Source of the DNA: Candidatus Poribacteria bacterium
GTDB taxonomy: Bacteria > Poribacteria > WGA-4E > PCPOR2b
Length of the DNA stretch: 64,000 bases
Assembly (NCBI GenBank): GCA_965208325.1
Contig: OZ242326.1
Span: forward strand, 448,001 to 512,000
Direction: 5' to 3'
Within the stretch, counting starts at the first letter, position 1. Each line of letters begins with the position of its first letter. A program made the translations under genes and the position numbers. The notes under the pieces are model-generated. The model was not told where the DNA came from. It saw nothing but the letters and a program-made list of their open reading frames with translations, and made no database searches. Positions 61,744 through 64,000 of this stretch are shown here, in pieces.

Positions 61744-62769
61744 TCACGTCGTTGACTGAATTTCCGTCAATTTGTGTCGGACAGTTGCCCACACTTCATC
61801 AACCGTAATGCGTTTCATACAGATGTTGTCTTTACACTTATCAGTAAACTGCTTGCACGGGCTGCACGGAACGTGATGGCGGATGGTTGAATGGATAAGG
61901 TCCAATGGTTGAAAACGCGTGTGATTTCCCGGTCCAAACAACGCGACCGTAGGAGTACGCATCGCCGCGGAAATATGCATGGGGCCCGTGTCGTTCGTGA
62001 TGAAAAGATCGCACAATTCGATTAGCGCCGAGAATTGGCGAATGGGCAAATGCACGGAAAATGTAGTTGCCCGCGCCTCCATGAGACTGGCGACGTGATT
62101 CACAAGTTCACCCTCATTTGGACCGCCAAAGATTAGCACTTGTGCGTCAAATTCATGGACTGTTCGATCGCCGACAGCGGCAAATCGGTCGGGCATCCAC
62201 TCACGCAATTTCCACCCCGCTCCAGGGAATAATCCCACCTTTATCCGATTTGGATGAGCGCCTTTGGTATCGAGCAGATTACGAGCGCTTTCTCGATCCG
62301 CGTCCGACAAAAACAGTTCCAACGTGCGATCGGATGTCTCAATTCCCAATGGACGGAGTAAATCGAAATTCCTATTGATAGCGTGTAGGTTCACGAGGTC
62401 TTGCGCACGCACCGCGCACATCAACCTGTTTCGCCGATGATCCCCGACACGGCATTTTGAACCGCTCAAGTACGCCAGCAAATTGGTGCGAAACTTGCTT
62501 TGAAAATCAATGGCAAGGTCGAAGTCTCGTCGTCTCAGAATACGGACGATTCGCATCATTTCACTGGTATCCCTGTTTTTTGCCCTTCGATCAAATCCGA
62601 TAACCTCGTCGAGGTGAGGGTTCTCGGAGATTAAATCGACAAACTGTTTTGCAACCAGCATTGAAATCCGCGCCTTTGGGTAGTGGCATCGTACCGCACG
62701 GATAGCCGGCGAAGTGAGTATAATGTCGCCAAGCGAGCTGAGGCGGATGAGAAGGATGTTCTGATGCAT
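61744..62769 (-). CDS. Glycosyltransferase family 9 (LPS heptosyltransferase)
   Basis: LIRLSSLGDIIL, NDTGPMHISAA..TPTVALFGP. Confidence 0.92.
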   Translation of the reverse strand: MHQNILLIRLSSLGDIILTSPAIRAVRCHYPKARISMLVAKQFVDLISENPHLDEVIGFDRRAKNRDTSEMMRIVRILRRRDFDLAIDFQSKFRTNLLAYLSGSKCRVGDHRRNRLMCAVRAQDLVNLHAINRNFDLLRPLGIETSDRTLELFLSDADRESARNLLDTKGAHPNRIKVGLFPGAGWKLREWMPDRFAAVGDRTVHEFDAQVLIFGGPNEGELVNHVASLMEARATTFSVHLPIRQFSALIELCDLFITNDTGPMHISAAMRTPTVALFGPGNHTRFQPLDLIHSTIRHHVPCSPCKQFTDKCKDNICMKRITVDEVWATVRHKLTEIQSTT

Positions 62770-62796
62770 TTTCTTGAATTCAATTCTGCATTTTTC

Positions 62797-63545
62797 TTAT
62801 CGGACAACCGCAAATTCTCCGCTGCGGTTGACTAATTGCTCCCCGCTTGCCGCTTCCAAAATGTAGATACAAACACTGCTAGTCACACCTTCACCCGCCT
62901 GGTTTTCAAAATTCCAAATGAACTTTTCGTTACTGGAGCCGAACGGTTTACCGGTGACATTTTGTGATTCAACAGTGTGAACAATTTGACCTGCGGCGTC
63001 ATTCATTTTCAGCGTCACATCCGCTGATTTTGATAGGCCGAACCTGATGTTGACTTCGAACTTAGCGGGATTAGGATCGAGGAGCACCTCGGTGGCGAAA
63101 TCAAATATATCGCTCGTGAAAAAGGTTTGGCGATGGTACACCGAATGTTTCGCTCGATCGGTAGCCGTAAGCTCCAGGGTATGCTAACCTGCATTTAGGT
63201 CGCTTGGCATGTTACATAAACTGTCAGTGTTTCGCTCATAATGAAATTGGACGGGCCGGCTATCGCCCCGCATTTCGATGTTATCAACACAGAGCTTAGT
63301 CTGTAATCACGCCCTCGACCAAAAACCGACTCTAGGGCACGTCATCGCAATCTCCAGTCTGGAAGGAATAGATAATGGGCGGGTCTTTTTCCGTTAAAAG
63401 CACGTAACTGCCAAACTGATGTCCGACCGCCTCAAGTGAACCGAATTCATTGGTAGTAGTACCACGCGGAATCCAAGATTCGTCCCGCGGATCCCACCAA
63501 AAAGGCACCATACGGCCGAAATTCTCTGCCACCTCAAAGTCGTTG
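62797..63545 (-). pseudogene. Decayed C-terminus of a secreted protein (Ig-like plus FlgD-Ig/T9SS-like C-terminal domain)
   Basis: Fragments FGSYVLLTEKDPP*, ITD*..VDNI, AG*HTLELTATDRA, DPNP..IRFGLSKSADVTLK..G..V..W...NQAG..V...IYILEA; several stops and a frameshift. Confidence 0.7.
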
Positions 63546-64000
63546 GTTTGTAAATCTTTCGTCATCGGACGAGTTTGAAAAACCTAAAACAGGACTAGGT
63601 CGTGGAAATGGCAAATAAATCCAGAGTAGCGTATGCCCTTCTTCATATTTGGCTTCGATCGTGTAAACAGGAGGCAGAACTAATAGGCATCGTTGCATCG
63701 CATATTGATTCTGTGCTGCGGCAAGATTCTGTTCTGATCCACTTTGGCTGCGCAATGTCATCTTAAAATCCGGTTCAACGGTATGTCGAAACAAGACAAC
63801 ATGGGGACCGTCTTCAAAGTAAAGGCGATAGAGCGACGGCAAGGGCATTTGTTCACGGATGTATTGTGAAAGTCGTGTAAGCGATAATCCCGAGGGTCTA
63901 TTCTGGTCGGTGGAATACCCAAAGAGGGGTATTTCGAAATTGTTTGCTTGAAAATCCGCACCGAATTGCGAGGGCTGCACAACCGCCGCAAGCGAGAACC
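63534..64000 (-). CDS. Hypothetical or partial ORF open to window edge, possibly part of the same decayed gene
   Basis: Reading frame is open from the edge to 63534; no recognisable motif. Confidence 0.3.
   Translation of the reverse strand, partial: FSLAAVVQPSQFGADFQANNFEIPLFGYSTDQNRPSGLSLTRLSQYIREQMPLPSLYRLYFEDGPHVVLFRHTVEPDFKMTLRSQSGSEQNLAAAQNQYAMQRCLLVLPPVYTIEAKYEEGHTLLWIYLPFPRPSPVLGFSNSSDDERFTNQRL

Noticed and set aside
506..62813. Numerous antisense and alternate-frame ORFs in the six-frame track
   Set aside because: They overlap well-supported genes and show no recognisable motifs.
1..64000. CRISPR array, rRNA or tRNA genes
   Set aside because: No regularly spaced direct repeats or recognisable RNA gene sequences were seen in the intergenic regions by eye.

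Overview
Bacterial genomic window, most likely Candidatus Poribacteria or a close relative. This is an inference from five PhyH-type dioxygenases, a LamG protein ending in the AVxPxxKLATTWGxLK tail, and a DUF6785-like membrane protein. Housekeeping genes (purB, mutS, groEL, glyQS, trpD, a GT9 heptosyltransferase) are mixed with sugar/redox catabolic genes and a xanthine-dehydrogenase-family M-S-L set. The main candidate for an undescribed system is a ~16 kb same-strand cluster (37353-53453) of three colinear, exported ~1330-1380 aa beta-propeller paralogues with no kinase domain, followed by a putative outer-membrane protein with Ca-binding-like loops. Other highlights: a 387-aa intein in the MutS Walker A motif; a complete ISL3 element with 8-bp target duplication inserted two codons before the stop of an HNH gene; two inverted copies of a ~184-bp MITE-like element; REP-like hairpins with compensatory changes; a decayed defence/TA region downstream of mutS; an ECF sigma factor with a strong internal in-frame start; and a CIRCE-controlled, groES-less groEL with a His-rich tail. 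No rRNA, tRNA or CRISPR array was seen. All assignments are by eye, without database searches.
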